NCBI GenBank assembly: GCA_002633005.1
Contig: NMRA01000070.1
Location: 357,872 to 421,871, forward strand
DNA: 64,000 bases
Direction of reading: 5' to 3'
Source: Phoronis australis
Taxonomy: Eukaryota; Animalia; Phoronida
Shown here one piece after another: positions 13,468 through 25,862 of the stretch (position 1 is its first letter; each line of letters begins with the position of its first letter). The position numbers were made by a program, and so were the translations under genes. The notes beneath the pieces are model-generated. The model saw nothing but the letters and a program-made list of their open reading frames with translations, was not told the DNA's origin and did no database searches.

Positions 13468-14795
13468 ACTATCCACAATGTATCCGTCCAAACCAAGGAG
13501 GCACTAAACGGTCCTCACTGGGTTTGTCTAGCAGTGTACACTGAAGTCGCCGCTTTTCTCCCACCTGTCGAGAGCTCAGTGACCAAAGGTGTGAGTTGTT
13601 TCACCTTAAAGACCATAGAATTTCTGTTCTGCCTCATTCATTTGGTCCCTTCACTTCCACAGTTGGCTTGTGTAAGTAAACAAAACCAGGCCCGTAGCCT
13701 GGCGGGGTCGCGGGGGGTTCGATCGAACAACCCGCCCCGCGGAGAAGGTCCAGCCCAAGCCTATCCGTAAAGATAGGATAGATGGACAACAACAAATTTG
13801 GTGCACCTACTGGTACTACTATGATTACTAAGTTAGTAATAATTTCGAAATTCCTTCCGATTCCAAGCGCTTCACGTAATCATCGGGTCGTACCCAGCCA
13901 ACTTCGCCCGAGTGGTGTTTGCGTAGATGACATGAGCGGGATCGTGCAGACGATGAGGAGGCTTTATGTTGTTGATCGGCATTAAACACTCGAGGTGGCG
14001 ACACCGTAGGGTAACAAGGGAGTCTAGAAGTAATTTCTATACCTAGCTAAGATATATAGCAGCTAGCGTGAGAGCTCCCAAAAAGTAGCCGGTGCAATGT
14101 GTGTGCCTTAAAGTCCTTGTTGCAAACTGCCCATGTGGTTCCAGTACCCGAAAATACTTACTACATAAATTCTTATTTTCGACAATCTTTCTTTATATTC
14201 TTTTCGCCTTTCTTGCCAAAAGCGATTTTGTAACAGTATTTGACCCTTCTCTCTGAGCGTATGATTAACGGTTGTCATCGGTTATTTCCGTACCCACATT
14301 TCCGGCTCATCAGTTCAGGAACTTGTCCTGAATGCCGCCATTTTTTCCTTGTAACTGAATGTGCTATGGCTTGCTCGAAAAGTCTTCGTTATTTTGTTTT
14401 ATTAGTAATATCTCGTGATTCGTTAGCATATGTAGTGTATTTATAGTTTGTAGTTAGTGGTCGTTGATTTTTTTGGAGTGTTACGCGTACTTAGTGGTGT
14501 TTAGTTCCTTACGTAGGCCGGTAGAACCTAGGAACCAATATGGGTCGAACCAATTTTTTTTCGGTTTTATTTTTTTTCTCGTTTTGAAAAAGTACTTTGC
14601 TATCATCGGAAAGGTAGTACATTCTACTCAGTAAAAATCGAAAAAGTATCAAAATCGGGGCAAGCACTGTAAAGTTATTGCAAGTTTTGTGGCGAAATTT
14701 GGGTCACTTTGTTTGGATCGCGTCGGCCATATTGGAGGACAGCGGGATGAGTTACGAGTTTAAAACTTTGTGTAAATTGTTTTCGCCAACAAATT

Positions 14796-15156
14796 NNNNN
14801 NNNNNNNNNNNNNNNNNNNNNNNNNNNNNNNNNNNNNNNNNNNNNNNNNNNNNNNNNNNNNNNNNNNNNNNNNNNNNNNNNNNNNNNNNNNNNNNNNNNN
14901 NNNNNNNNNNNNNNNNNNNNNNNNNNNNNNNNNNNNNNNNNNNNNNNNNNNNNNNNNNNNNNNNNNNNNNNNNNNNNNNNNNNNNNNNNNNNNNNNNNNN
15001 NNNNNNNNNNNNNNNNNNNNNNNNNNNNNNNNNNNNNNNNNNNNNNNNNNNNNNNNNNNNNNNNNNNNNNNNNNNNNNNNNNNNNNNNNNNNNNNNNNNN
15101 NNNNNNNNNNNNNNNNNNNNNNNNNNNNNNNNNNNNNNNNNNNNNNNNNNNNNNNN
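14796..15156. other. Assembly gap (N run)
   Basis: Run of N. Other gaps at 20270-20399 and 42680-43003. Confidence 1.
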
Positions 15157-15476
15157 AAACAGATACATTGCATAAACAAACCCTGGATCATGTTTTGTGT
15201 CCCGTCGGAAGAAAATTTAAATTCGAAAACATCTTCTGAAAACGCACAAAAAAGTGTATTAGTAAAATCTACTGATTTTTAAGTGGTTTTAAAAAACAAT
15301 CGGTAAACTCACCGATTTTTGTCTCATTACTTTGATACGTGTCTCTTCCGATAAGTTAGTACCTAACGTGCAGACGAGCACTCCAAATTGGAACGCTAAG
15401 TCCCGCGTGGTTGCGCTGCACGCGAAACAAGATGGCGGACGAACTTTGGAGCCTGACGAAAATAGGTAACCGGACG

Positions 15477-15889
15477 ATACAACAAATTTGTTACGAACTG
15501 ATTGCATAAAATATAAAACGTGTAATAAGCATTACAAAAAGAAGTAGGTTTCACGCGCAAACGCTGCGGACCATAAACAAGTAGGTCTCTTTGTATCAAA
15601 TTAGTTGTTAAATCGTGGTGGTGCAGTGATAAAGCACGCGCGTTCTATCCGCCAGGTCGTGAGTTCGAGTCTGTGGTATTTTCAGTTGTTCCTGATTGAC
15701 ATGTTCTCCGTTGTTTTTTGCCTTTTTGGATAATACTTCAGGAATCAAAGAAAATGCTTGATTTTTAGAGGAAAAAACACCCCTCCCGACCTCCCCCATT
15801 CGGTGCTATGCACATCTACAATCGCACTTTGCGCAAATGTTTACTGACAAAATGTTGCCAACCCTTGTGATATCCTAGATCCGCCACTG
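15477..15889 (-). mobile_element. Family B element, interrupted by a tRNA-like head
   Basis: Reverse-complement homology to 6941-7128 in two blocks (~15477-15590 and ~15825-15889). Confidence 0.6.
15612..15676 (+). mobile_element. tRNA-derived SINE head or tRNA pseudogene
   Basis: A-box-like TGGTGCAGTGA (15619-15629) and B-box GAGTTCGAGTC (15661-15671) at tRNA-like spacing; no intact acceptor stem. Confidence 0.5.
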
Positions 15890-18800
15890 AATCTTACAAA
15901 CGATTCATTCTCTAGTAGGGAGAACATATAGGGGACGGGTCAGTGTTGCGGTGATCAGCGGTTTTAAATTGAAGAAGACTGAATCGGACTCTCTGACTTC
16001 GTGAGGACTGACAGGGTAGCCTACTAACTACATTTAGCCTAATTTCGACCTGGCCGTGTGCGTGGTTCCTGTGGGTGACGTAGTCTCCTGCACAGACCCA
16101 CGAGATTGGTTGGTGTCTGCTACAGGGAACTTTTCCATACGCATTCTTGGAATATCATTGGCTGTTCCGATTTCAAGAAACAAGGCATTCTATTGGTCAG
16201 TTGTATAATAGGTCAAACTAGTTCACCAACATGGCGACTTCCAGTAAAAGAATGTCGATTGATTTACAGCCGTTTAAATCTCTCTGTTTTCATCAAACTC
16301 CCGCATTTCAAAGCTAACGAGTCAAAGAATACATCACCAGTAACGTATACGAAACATTTTATGATAATTATTTTGTATACTATGCTGGATTCTGAAGTGA
16401 TGTGACTTTTTACGAAATAATTTGTGGAAGAAATTAGGCCACCCACAACAACACTCAACAGTCATTTTACTTTAGGCGTACTATAGCACCGAATAGTGGG
16501 AAAGGAGTAGCTGAGTGCTTTGCGGTCATGGGAGATTGTCTCGATCTTTTCAGAGCACACCCTCTCGTATGTTGACGTGTTCATGCACGTTATATAAGTT
16601 CCAGTGAATATCGTGAAGGTTGAACTAGTGGGTCAGATAAGGATATATGCTGAAATTCTGCTATTATTCATTGTCATTGCATAGTAGACTGGCACACTTG
16701 TCACTACTAACAGAAGTTAGGAGCATAAAAATGCAGTCAATGGTCCTAAACACACAAACATTAAGTAGTCTAGCAATAATTTTATGACTGACATTATCGC
16801 TTTTGGCAGTGCCATTCAACAGTGACTGCCATCGACAGCATCGTACAGGCGTCCGGAGTGTTCAATTATTTCGGAGGGTGTTTGTTGCTGTGAAATTAGG
16901 ATTATACCCACTCTTTAGTATAATCAGCAAGATAAAATCTCACCCTTTTGTGAGTTGGCACAGTCATTAAAACTGACCCATTTTGGTTTGAGCCTCAATG
17001 GAATAGTCAACTTTTCTGACAACATAATTATGCAAAGTTATTATTTACAGGGAATTGAATTTCAGCAAAAAGCTGGACTGTATTCTTTTTAACGCAAGAA
17101 TCCTCAGTTGTATATGAAACATTCAGTGGTTATGGTGTAGAAATGGATCATTTTATACAGTTCAAACCTAAAAGTAAACATTTTTGTGTGGAATTTATTT
17201 GGAAATTCGCCCTTTCATGGTGACTTTTGCAATGCCTGAGTCACTGGTCAGAGGAGCACATTTGGTCATATGCAATCTATGCAAGTGTCCTCTCTCTCCT
17301 GGACCCTGACTTGTCGACTGTTTCATTTTTTGCTTTCCACATTCACATGATGTCAAGTGTTGCAGTTTGCAACAATCTATTAATTTCAGTCTAATTGCAA
17401 AAACAGAACCATTCTAAAACATTCAGAAACTACTATGGTCATCTTGGAGTTAGACTTTGTAAGCAATCGAACTCTAAAAACCTGGTTCGTTGAAATGAAT
17501 AGTTGCAAAAACAACTCACATTTCAAAATTGGGAGGTCAGGGTACTTCAAAGGTTTTTTAAAACCTTAAAAGTTGGGCCACTTAACCCAATTTGACGGTT
17601 TCTTGTGTGTTAGGTGGGTTGGATTGTAGTTGTCCAGGCAATAGTCACTCGCTGGCAATACGCATTTTGAGAACATGTTTTAACGCCTGCTAGTCAGTGA
17701 AAAACTGGTTCTTGTTATGCAGTGGAAAACACTGGTTCTCAAAGTGGGGGTCCCCTGTATGTGACTATTACCATTATGCTTTGCTCAGTGTTTTGAGCAA
17801 CATGCTAGTGCTTCATTCTTGTGGTTATGATCTACATAATACAGCATTGATTTTAGTCAACATTTCGATCTTTTTGAAAAGTTTTTCAAAATTACAAATT
17901 TGACTCTTATTGAGGGGGCCTCCTCGTGGCAAGAGTTGGGCAGTGTGAAATCCTTGAGAACATTCGCACTGTCAAACATCCTCACGTTGACTCAAAATTA
18001 AAAACCGTGACATCATTAATGTGTTCCTAGAAATATTACATTCATAAGCTATAAAACACACATGCTAAGAAATTTGTCTAACATTGGGAACTTTTTTTTT
18101 CTGATGTATTGATTAGAAATATGGTCTAGTTTAAGGATAGACTGAAGTACTAAGTCTGGGCATTAACATAGCCATAGGGCGCACAACAAGGCTACACCCT
18201 CTTTATTGCAGACCCTTCCCCTGATAGAAACTCATTTCAGTTTTGTGCTTGCCTAGCTCCCCTGTCCCTTGTCCATGCAGTGCCTCCAGGTTGCCTGTCA
18301 TTACAGTCACAATCATTGGTCGCAAACAATTTCAAGTTTGGCAACCTCTGTTGAATAATTCTGACTACACCAGTAGTGCTGGGGGAATAGGATATTAAAG
18401 ACCCGACTTCCAATCAACTTGCACATTCACTGCCTTGTGAAAGCATAGACCATTATAAAAGTAACACCTGGGCCCTGGGTTTCAACTTTTTACTCAAGAT
18501 TTTTTGTTATTTTCTATTCTACTTTTGTTTGAACTCGAGATAAGTTTCTTTTATGCTATATTTGAGTGCTTATTGATGTCAATTAATGATCCCTGCATTA
18601 GAGCTAAAAGTTTGAGTCTGTGTTCGAGGTTTTACTAGAAATCTTAAGTTTTTACTCAAATTTTAGTTCGAATCTAATGGTCATTAAGTACTATCTTGAT
18701 CTCGCAAGAAAGTGGACTGCAAGTGACAAAAACAATTTTGAGTTTGATTTGGATTGAAAGCTTCGCTCTAGAGGTGTATTGCCAAACATGATCACGTAAT

Positions 18801-20399
18801 CCCTTTTCAGGGTTTTAAATCAATCCATACAAGACTGGGCTAGAATCTGTTTAGCCCAAAAAGCATTTAAATACATGGTGGAGAATAAGAAAACATCTGT
18901 ACTAAACTGTATTGAAAAAATGAACCCTTTTTAAGTTCCTTATACACAAAGTGTACCACTTTTCAAGCTGCTATTAATCCAACCTCTTTTTAGAACCATC
19001 ATGTAACAATATAAGATTGGTCTTGTACTAACGTTTTTGGCTAAAATAGTAGCTAGTAAATCTAATCACAATTGCTCGCATGAAGATTGGCATGTCCAGC
19101 AGTTAGATTTGGATACTAGTGTCCGGTGTCAATCTTCACGTGTGTGCTCGTGGTTAGACTCTTGATCTCATACTGTTCCTTACTGAGATTACACGTGACA
19201 TATTGGCTTCCGTTGAACTGATAGTTTGTTATTGCTTAAGACCTGGTGCAATAACCATGGCTTTGAGCACTAAGGCAAAGTTTGAGTTCTTCCAAGTCCA
19301 CTAAGGAACAAGTTGAGACAGGGATATATACAGGGCTTGGAAATTTCCTCTTTTAAGAAGATTTTCTGTTTTTATTTCCTCTTGTTTGTTTTCCAGCTTC
19401 TTTTTTTATCATTATGACTTGATTCACACAAAAACATTTATTTCAGTTACATTTTACAACACAAAAAATATTTCTCACCGTCTAAATGGGTGGAGATTCT
19501 TCTAGTACCAGATTATGCATAAAACTAAAGCTTAGGGCCCATTTGGGACACCTCTCGGGTATTTTCGTAGCTACAAATTTACCCTCGGAACATCTAGAGC
19601 ATGTCAGCTATTTTCTTATTTACAAATTTTTCTTCGAAACACTTCAGGTATTTTCGTAGCCTAAAATATCCTCTCGAAGATGAATGTTATCCAAAACTAA
19701 ATATGGCAAGTCACGTGATTTTCAGTCTTGAGAATAATAGGCTAACTGAAATCCACACACATGCAGGAAGCATTCACCTATTAGGTGAAATTTGAGGTTA
19801 CGAAAACACGCGAGGTGTTCTGGATGCCCTTGGAAGTAATTGTTTTCAATGCATGCTCGAACTTTTGGTCATTATGGCCAATCATTCTCCACTAAGTTTG
19901 AAAGTCACGCAGGTTAAATTCACCTTAAAGGAGAAATTTAATGCTCCGAATATACCCAAGATGATCTGAATGGGCTTAGGACCCTCAAGTTGTACGGGGT
20001 CCCACCTCAAAGAGGGAAATGGGAAGAAAAAATTATGGCAAAGTGGGGAGGGGTGTAGCTCGAGAATTGTGGTTACCTGAAGGGTCGAAAATTGTGGTGT
20101 TCTAAGGAGTGAATACTGTGTCAAATGTAACGACTGTACATTGACGGATTTGGGGGGGGGCACCAAGGGGGCCATGGCCCTGCCTAAAATTCTCCCAGAT
20201 TCCATTTGGGCAGTTTGGGGGTGTGAATGTCAGACGTGTCAAAATACTCTGCCCTTGCCCCTGCCCCCTNNNNNNNNNNNNNNNNNNNNNNNNNNNNNNN
20301 NNNNNNNNNNNNNNNNNNNNNNNNNNNNNNNNNNNNNNNNNNNNNNNNNNNNNNNNNNNNNNNNNNNNNNNNNNNNNNNNNNNNNNNNNNNNNNNNNNN

Positions 20400-20805
20400 A
20401 GGGCCCGGTCTCTAATCTTTGTACTCGAAACGAACTCAAAACTATTTTTGGCAATTTCTCTGCTCCTTTTGTGCGAACTTAAGATAATTGGTTATCAGAC
20501 TGAGCTCGAATACATTATAGTTTATGCATAGGAGTTTCTAGTTCAAGTTTGCCCTTGAAGACCCTTATATTCGTGCTATTAACTCGAGTAAAAACTCGAA
20601 ATTTCGAGTTCAAACTCGAACTTATTGCTTTAATATTGGGTTTACAAACTGTGAACTAAGGGCAATAAATTATCTACGTAAGTTATTGTGTACTCGAGCA
20701 TAGAATAATAGACACTTATCTTGAGTTCACCCAAAAGTAGAGTAGAAAATGCCAAACTTAATTTCGAGTTCCATTTCGAGTAAAAAGATTGGAGACCGGG
20801 CCCAG
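20400..20805. mobile_element. ~410-bp MITE with GGGCCCGG-type TIRs (family D)
   Basis: GGGCCCGGTCTCTAATCTTTGTACTCGAAA ... TTTCGAGTAAAAAGATTGGAGACCGGGCCC. Nearly identical copy at 48852-49260; older copies at ~18469-18760 and ~58308-58687. Confidence 0.85.
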
Positions 20806-22640
20806 GTTAGTGGGTGACGTTGAGGCGCAGCGAGCCCTTTCGGTCGCGTTGTGAAATGATGTGACCATGACATGGATTTGATGATTGTATTGCGGTTGAC
20901 AATTCACCAAAATTCCTACTTCATATCGTTTTTAAAATGCAATAACGTATCCATTTTTCCGTGTTCGTAAGACGAGCAATTTCACTTGCGCATGAAATCC
21001 AAACAAGGTGTTTTAGTACCCGGGCGTTGTTTTCGGTATAGTTACACCACTCAGTGAATATAATGACCGAAGTATCATTCATTTTTTGCATGTAAAAGTA
21101 TGAAATTTCACCTGAATTGTAAATTTCAGACCTTTTCGGTGTGATATTGTCAAAACCCATTTGCTATGGACTGTAATTGTTTATCCTTGTTTTTTTGCTA
21201 ATACAGGTCGATATAAGTGTATGCTGGTTGTCGAGTGCAGAAAAGTAGGCCTACAGTATTGTAGCTTTTCTAACGCAGTGGTGGACCTAGGATACCACAA
21301 CGGGCGGCAACATGTTGCCTCGGGGAATTGGGCAAAGCGCGGTTGTATGTGCTGTGCACAGGCGGCCCGAGGATGGGGGCCTGGGATGTGGACCTTTTGT
21401 TCAGGAAATCTATCGGTGGACTAAAAAAAAAACGGGAACACACGATTCCGTCCTAGCCCCCTCTCGTCCGCTACCGGTCCTAGTTGCTGAACTCAATATT
21501 TCCTCACGCTTCACACTGCCGTTGTTTCATTTTGCTTCCAGCAGCCAAAGGCCTGCCCTCCCCCCCGAATCCGCCTATGAAACGTCAGCTGCTGTATCGG
21601 GTTCAGGGCTGCGATAAAAGTTAAGAACTGTGGATTTTAAGAGACTTCTAGTTTCCGGTGTATGTAGAAGTTTTAATTTCTAGGCAAATGTCTTGCTGCA
21701 TATGTCACACATTAATGTGCGAAAGAGCTTCTGAGACTATAATTGTCTTTCCGGGAACTTAACTATAGCTCAAGATGCAACCCGGAAGTTTGCTTTAATT
21801 ATCTGGGGTGTTTTCAAAGATACGGCAGGGTCAATGTCGACTAAAACACTTGTCAGCGGTAAAATGCATCAACAGCTCGAGATGCCACCCGGAAATTTGC
21901 TTTATTTATATCTGGAATGTCATCAAGGAATCAACATACGTACGAACAAGCCATCACTGAGCGGTAAAAGCCTGCTGTTGGATGACTGCTTGTGGCAGTT
22001 ACGTACAGAAATTAACCCATGTAGGTAGAATCTCTGTCTGATATTCATATACTTTAAGAGCCAGTAACATATACAAGAGGATTCATGTTGTTGCTGATTT
22101 CATGGTGTGAATTGTTAGTGGAGCTTCATCCTCAATATCCAATAGTTTTTTTAGATCAACTGTCTTTTGCATAACCCTCTTAGACTTAATTATCCGGCTA
22201 TTTTATCTGTGTCAATATCTAAGGTAACTTATGACTTGTGTTTTTCATTTTTAACACGTTGTTAGTTTGACTACTTTGTTCTTATTGTAAACTTTTAGCG
22301 CTGTCATACATTTACATAGTTGGCACTTGCAAACAAAGTAGTGGACGAAGGCGCGAAAATCTGCTCGTCCATGAGCGTGGAATTTGTTAGGAATCCGAAA
22401 TAAGTTTTAGCCTCTGGTTCAGTTTCGTGACGTAACTGCATAACGCGTTATTTCTTCGGCCGCGGTGAAGATAGAAACTTGTCTGTCTCGAAGCTTGTGC
22501 AGGAACCCAGGGTACCAGAAAGAAAAACTGAGGTATAAGGCAACTTCTGTTCTTATAAATATTTGTGCAAATAATTTGTTAACCTTTTCACGTTTCCTAT
22601 CGCGGAATGAAATTGTCTTGGTTTTCGGCGACACCAATTG

Positions 22641-22790
22641 CATGAGCGCATCCAGGGGGGGGGGCTCGGGGGACTCGTGGGGCTCAAACGAGCCACCCAT
22701 TTGGCGAAATGGGCAAAAAGGTCCGCTCCTCAGAGGCAAAAAGTCCGACAAAATGGGACAAAAGCCCCAATTAAGAGCAAACGCGCAATT
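22641..22790 (+). mobile_element. MITE fragment (CATG.GCGCA.CCAG terminus, family E)
   Basis: Shares terminus and TGGGCAAAAAGGTCC..TC core with 61218-61430; the same terminus type is nested at 30869-31036. Confidence 0.5.
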
Positions 22791-23138
22791 CGCAGTGGTG
22801 CTTCCGTTTTCTTTTTTTTTTAGTCCGCCTGCTTGTTTTTACTTGATCTCACTGGTGTCACCTGTATAGCTAAGTTAATTGAGTCACGGCGCTGCCAACT
22901 TTATAAGGTACTGGTGTTACGTATTTGTTGGGAGTCGTGAGCAATTTTGACATATATAATCGTTGGATTTGAATGTACTCGTATGACAATAAAATGTAAA
23001 AAATAGGACGCTGTACATTTTTCAATTATCACCGTAGTATTTCAATATGCTTCTTGCACTAAGAAAAGGGTTCACAGCTCACAAACATTTCATGTATTTG
23101 AAGAAATTCGTCTTCAATTTTTCAGATATTGAACCAAG

Positions 23139-25862
23139 ATGGCCATTGAAGTCAAAGCATTCACAAACGGGACTCTGTGCCTATTCATCCTGTTACTAGT
23201 AATTCGCGGATATTCAACACTCAATTGTACTGTTAGAACCGAACAAAATGAAACGATAGTCAACTGCACCGACAGAGGTTTCTTTGCTTTACCGACAGCT
23301 ATTCCAGCAAATGTGACTGTTCTTTTGTTGGGCTCAAACATCATCTCCTCCGTCCCTGCAGGTGCCTTCATGCAGTTGACAGAACTGAAGACACTAGATT
23401 TCTCTTACAATAAAGCACTTTTGTCGTTCCACCAAGATAGCTTTCTGGCACTAAAAGCTCTAAAGAACTTAAGCTTGACAAACATGAATGGTGTTTCGTT
23501 TGGCTGTGACCAGGGGTCATCTAGGTTGTTTCGTTCCACTCCTCAACTTCAGACTCTTCGAATGAAAAGGACAGAGCGGTTTGACACCACATGTGTAAAT
23601 TACACTTTTCGAGATCTCACGAATCTTCGTTATCTTTCGATTACATGGCCTACTTCCCCACTCCCCACTGGATTTTCACATTTGAGAGCTCTGGATATTT
23701 TAGACTTGAGCCACTCAACACTTAACCTGATGGAAAGTAACTTTCAACCACTATCGTTCCTGAATATTTCTCGGTTAGCATTAAGAAAACTACGGGTACT
23801 TGAGTTTAGCAAACATGCGCTGAATCCGGTATTACGAAGTCTCAAGGTTTTAGATTTCTCGTGTAACTATTTAGAGGACATTGGTGTAACAACAAAATAC
23901 TTCTCACCAGTATTGGAGTGTTTAGAAAATTCCACTCTTCTTGAAGTCTTAATTATTGACAGTTGTTACTATTACGATGACAAAGCCATTACCATCACAG
24001 CCGAACAGTTTTATCCGCTAAAACAAGTCCCTTTGAAGGCCCTATCTTTGCGACAAAATGCGATCACAATAGTGCGCCCTTTCCTTCGACATCTGCAGCA
24101 TTTAGAATACATCAACGTGGATTACAACATGCCAAGCTTATTCAAGGACAGCGCAGGAATATTTATGGACTTGTTCAAGAGGAGGTGCCTGAAAGAGTTT
24201 CATTTCTCGTATCAGTTTTTGTACTCGCGAGTGAGACTTCTTTGTGAGGAAGATGAGAGCGAAATATTCATGCGCGACTTTTCAGACAAATGTTCCCGCC
24301 AAACCAAGCCGGAAACGGCAAAAAGCAATACGCAAGTACCCGACAAATCGTTGGCAGTTCCATTGGAACGTGCGAGACCAAACCCGTTTGTAAATAGGAA
24401 TGGAAATCGAAATATGGAAGTCGTGTTATCTAAAACAGGCCTACGCAAGTATGGACGAGAGCGTTATCTGTATGATGGGGGCGTGGTGAGAGGGAGTATT
24501 CCTCTAGAGAAACTACATGTAGTGAAGATGGGCATCCCTGTTATGCCTCTTACAGTTGAAGGGGGGAGAGTCTATGACGTAAACATATCTGACTTTGTTA
24601 CCAATGGTGTGAGGGTGCAATTGAAAAACAACCTTAGATATCTTAACGTGTCCTCAAATTTCCTGTCGTGTATGGACTTCGTTTTGTACGGCTTTGATTG
24701 CTTGGAAATCCTGGACATCAGCAGCAACAATTTAGAACATGTAAGCACCAAGCAGTTTAAGGCGTTTGGAAATCTAGAACATTTAATGGCGTCAAGAAAC
24801 AGATTCGGTCTGTTCAGAAGTTCTGAGGACTTGGTGACGACGTTCAGTAATCTTCCACGCATAAGAACCATCGATCTTGCTTTGAACTCTCTGACCTCTC
24901 TTCCGGAAGGTATGTTTTCACAATGTCCCCTCTTAGAGTATCTCAACTTGGAAAGGAACGGTATAAAGGTAGTGAACATAGAATTTGCCACGTTGCCTAG
25001 TCTGAAGTTGCTGGATTTAAGCCATAATGAAATTAAGGGATTTACAAAGGATCAGACAGATGATCTTAAACGCGGCAATTTCGTCTTGCAAATGAACAAC
25101 AACTCTGGTTTCGAATGCTCTTGCGGCAACATTCCTTTCATTGAGTGGATTCAAAGCGACGCTTCGGATGGCATAGTTCTAAACAAGAATAATTTGACAT
25201 GCCAATACGAAGATGGTAAAATAACTTCTTTACGTGCTGTTCAGGGACTCTACATTCAGTGTATCAAGGACACTATCATAATTACAGTGTCTTCTCTCAC
25301 TTCGGTGGCCTTGTGTACTGCTTTAATCGTTTGGCGGTATCAGTGGCATGTCAGGTATTGGATTTATATTCTGCGCCTGAAACGACGACGAGACACTTTC
25401 GTTGAGGTATCGAAATGTTTTGACGCGTTCATCTCTTATTCCGACGAAGATCATAATCTTGCTGCCTCTGTTTTTCGTAAACTAGAAGAAATGGGACTTC
25501 AAATATTCTTCCGAGAAAGGGACACAGTGATTGGTGCCTGTGTTTTGGACGAATCCTTCCGCGGCATTGAATCCAGCAGAGAGATCGTGTTGTGTTTAAC
25601 AGAAAGTTATTTGAATTCGGATCAGTGCTATTTCGAGTTGCGAATGAGTATGCTACGAGGTAAAGGGTTTGTTATACCCGTAGTTGTTGGCGACGTAGCT
25701 TTGGAGAAACTGTCGAAACCTCTTCGGCACTTACTCCGCGAAGGTGTTTACTTTGAATGGCCTACGCTTGAATCAGAAGAAAAAGACTTCTGGAAGTCGA
25801 TGAAGAAAGCCGTGTTGACCGCAAAGGGAATCCGCATTTGTAAAAATGGTAGGTTCTTATGA
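23139..25862 (+). CDS. TLR: Toll-like receptor, single-cysteine-cluster type, 907 aa
   Basis: Signal peptide; LRRNT (CTV...VNCTDRGFFALP); many LxxLxLxxN repeats; LRRCT (FECSCGNIPFIEW...LTC...C); TM (IIITVSSLTSVALCTALIVW); TIR box 1 FDAFISYS and box 3 FW. Splice acceptor TTTTTCAG at 23126 just upstream of the ATG implies a non-coding first exon. Confidence 0.97.
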   Translation: MAIEVKAFTNGTLCLFILLLVIRGYSTLNCTVRTEQNETIVNCTDRGFFALPTAIPANVTVLLLGSNIISSVPAGAFMQLTELKTLDFSYNKALLSFHQDSFLALKALKNLSLTNMNGVSFGCDQGSSRLFRSTPQLQTLRMKRTERFDTTCVNYTFRDLTNLRYLSITWPTSPLPTGFSHLRALDILDLSHSTLNLMESNFQPLSFLNISRLALRKLRVLEFSKHALNPVLRSLKVLDFSCNYLEDIGVTTKYFSPVLECLENSTLLEVLIIDSCYYYDDKAITITAEQFYPLKQVPLKALSLRQNAITIVRPFLRHLQHLEYINVDYNMPSLFKDSAGIFMDLFKRRCLKEFHFSYQFLYSRVRLLCEEDESEIFMRDFSDKCSRQTKPETAKSNTQVPDKSLAVPLERARPNPFVNRNGNRNMEVVLSKTGLRKYGRERYLYDGGVVRGSIPLEKLHVVKMGIPVMPLTVEGGRVYDVNISDFVTNGVRVQLKNNLRYLNVSSNFLSCMDFVLYGFDCLEILDISSNNLEHVSTKQFKAFGNLEHLMASRNRFGLFRSSEDLVTTFSNLPRIRTIDLALNSLTSLPEGMFSQCPLLEYLNLERNGIKVVNIEFATLPSLKLLDLSHNEIKGFTKDQTDDLKRGNFVLQMNNNSGFECSCGNIPFIEWIQSDASDGIVLNKNNLTCQYEDGKITSLRAVQGLYIQCIKDTIIITVSSLTSVALCTALIVWRYQWHVRYWIYILRLKRRRDTFVEVSKCFDAFISYSDEDHNLAASVFRKLEEMGLQIFFRERDTVIGACVLDESFRGIESSREIVLCLTESYLNSDQCYFELRMSMLRGKGFVIPVVVGDVALEKLSKPLRHLLREGVYFEWPTLESEEKDFWKSMKKAVLTAKGIRICKNGRFL

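Noticed and set aside
14678-15191. Long ORFs in the track here and at 20141-20531 and 42623-43061
   Set aside because: They are open only because they run through N gaps.
24212-24991. Minus-strand ORFs of 78 and 139 aa
   Set aside because: Antisense shadows of the TLR coding sequence.
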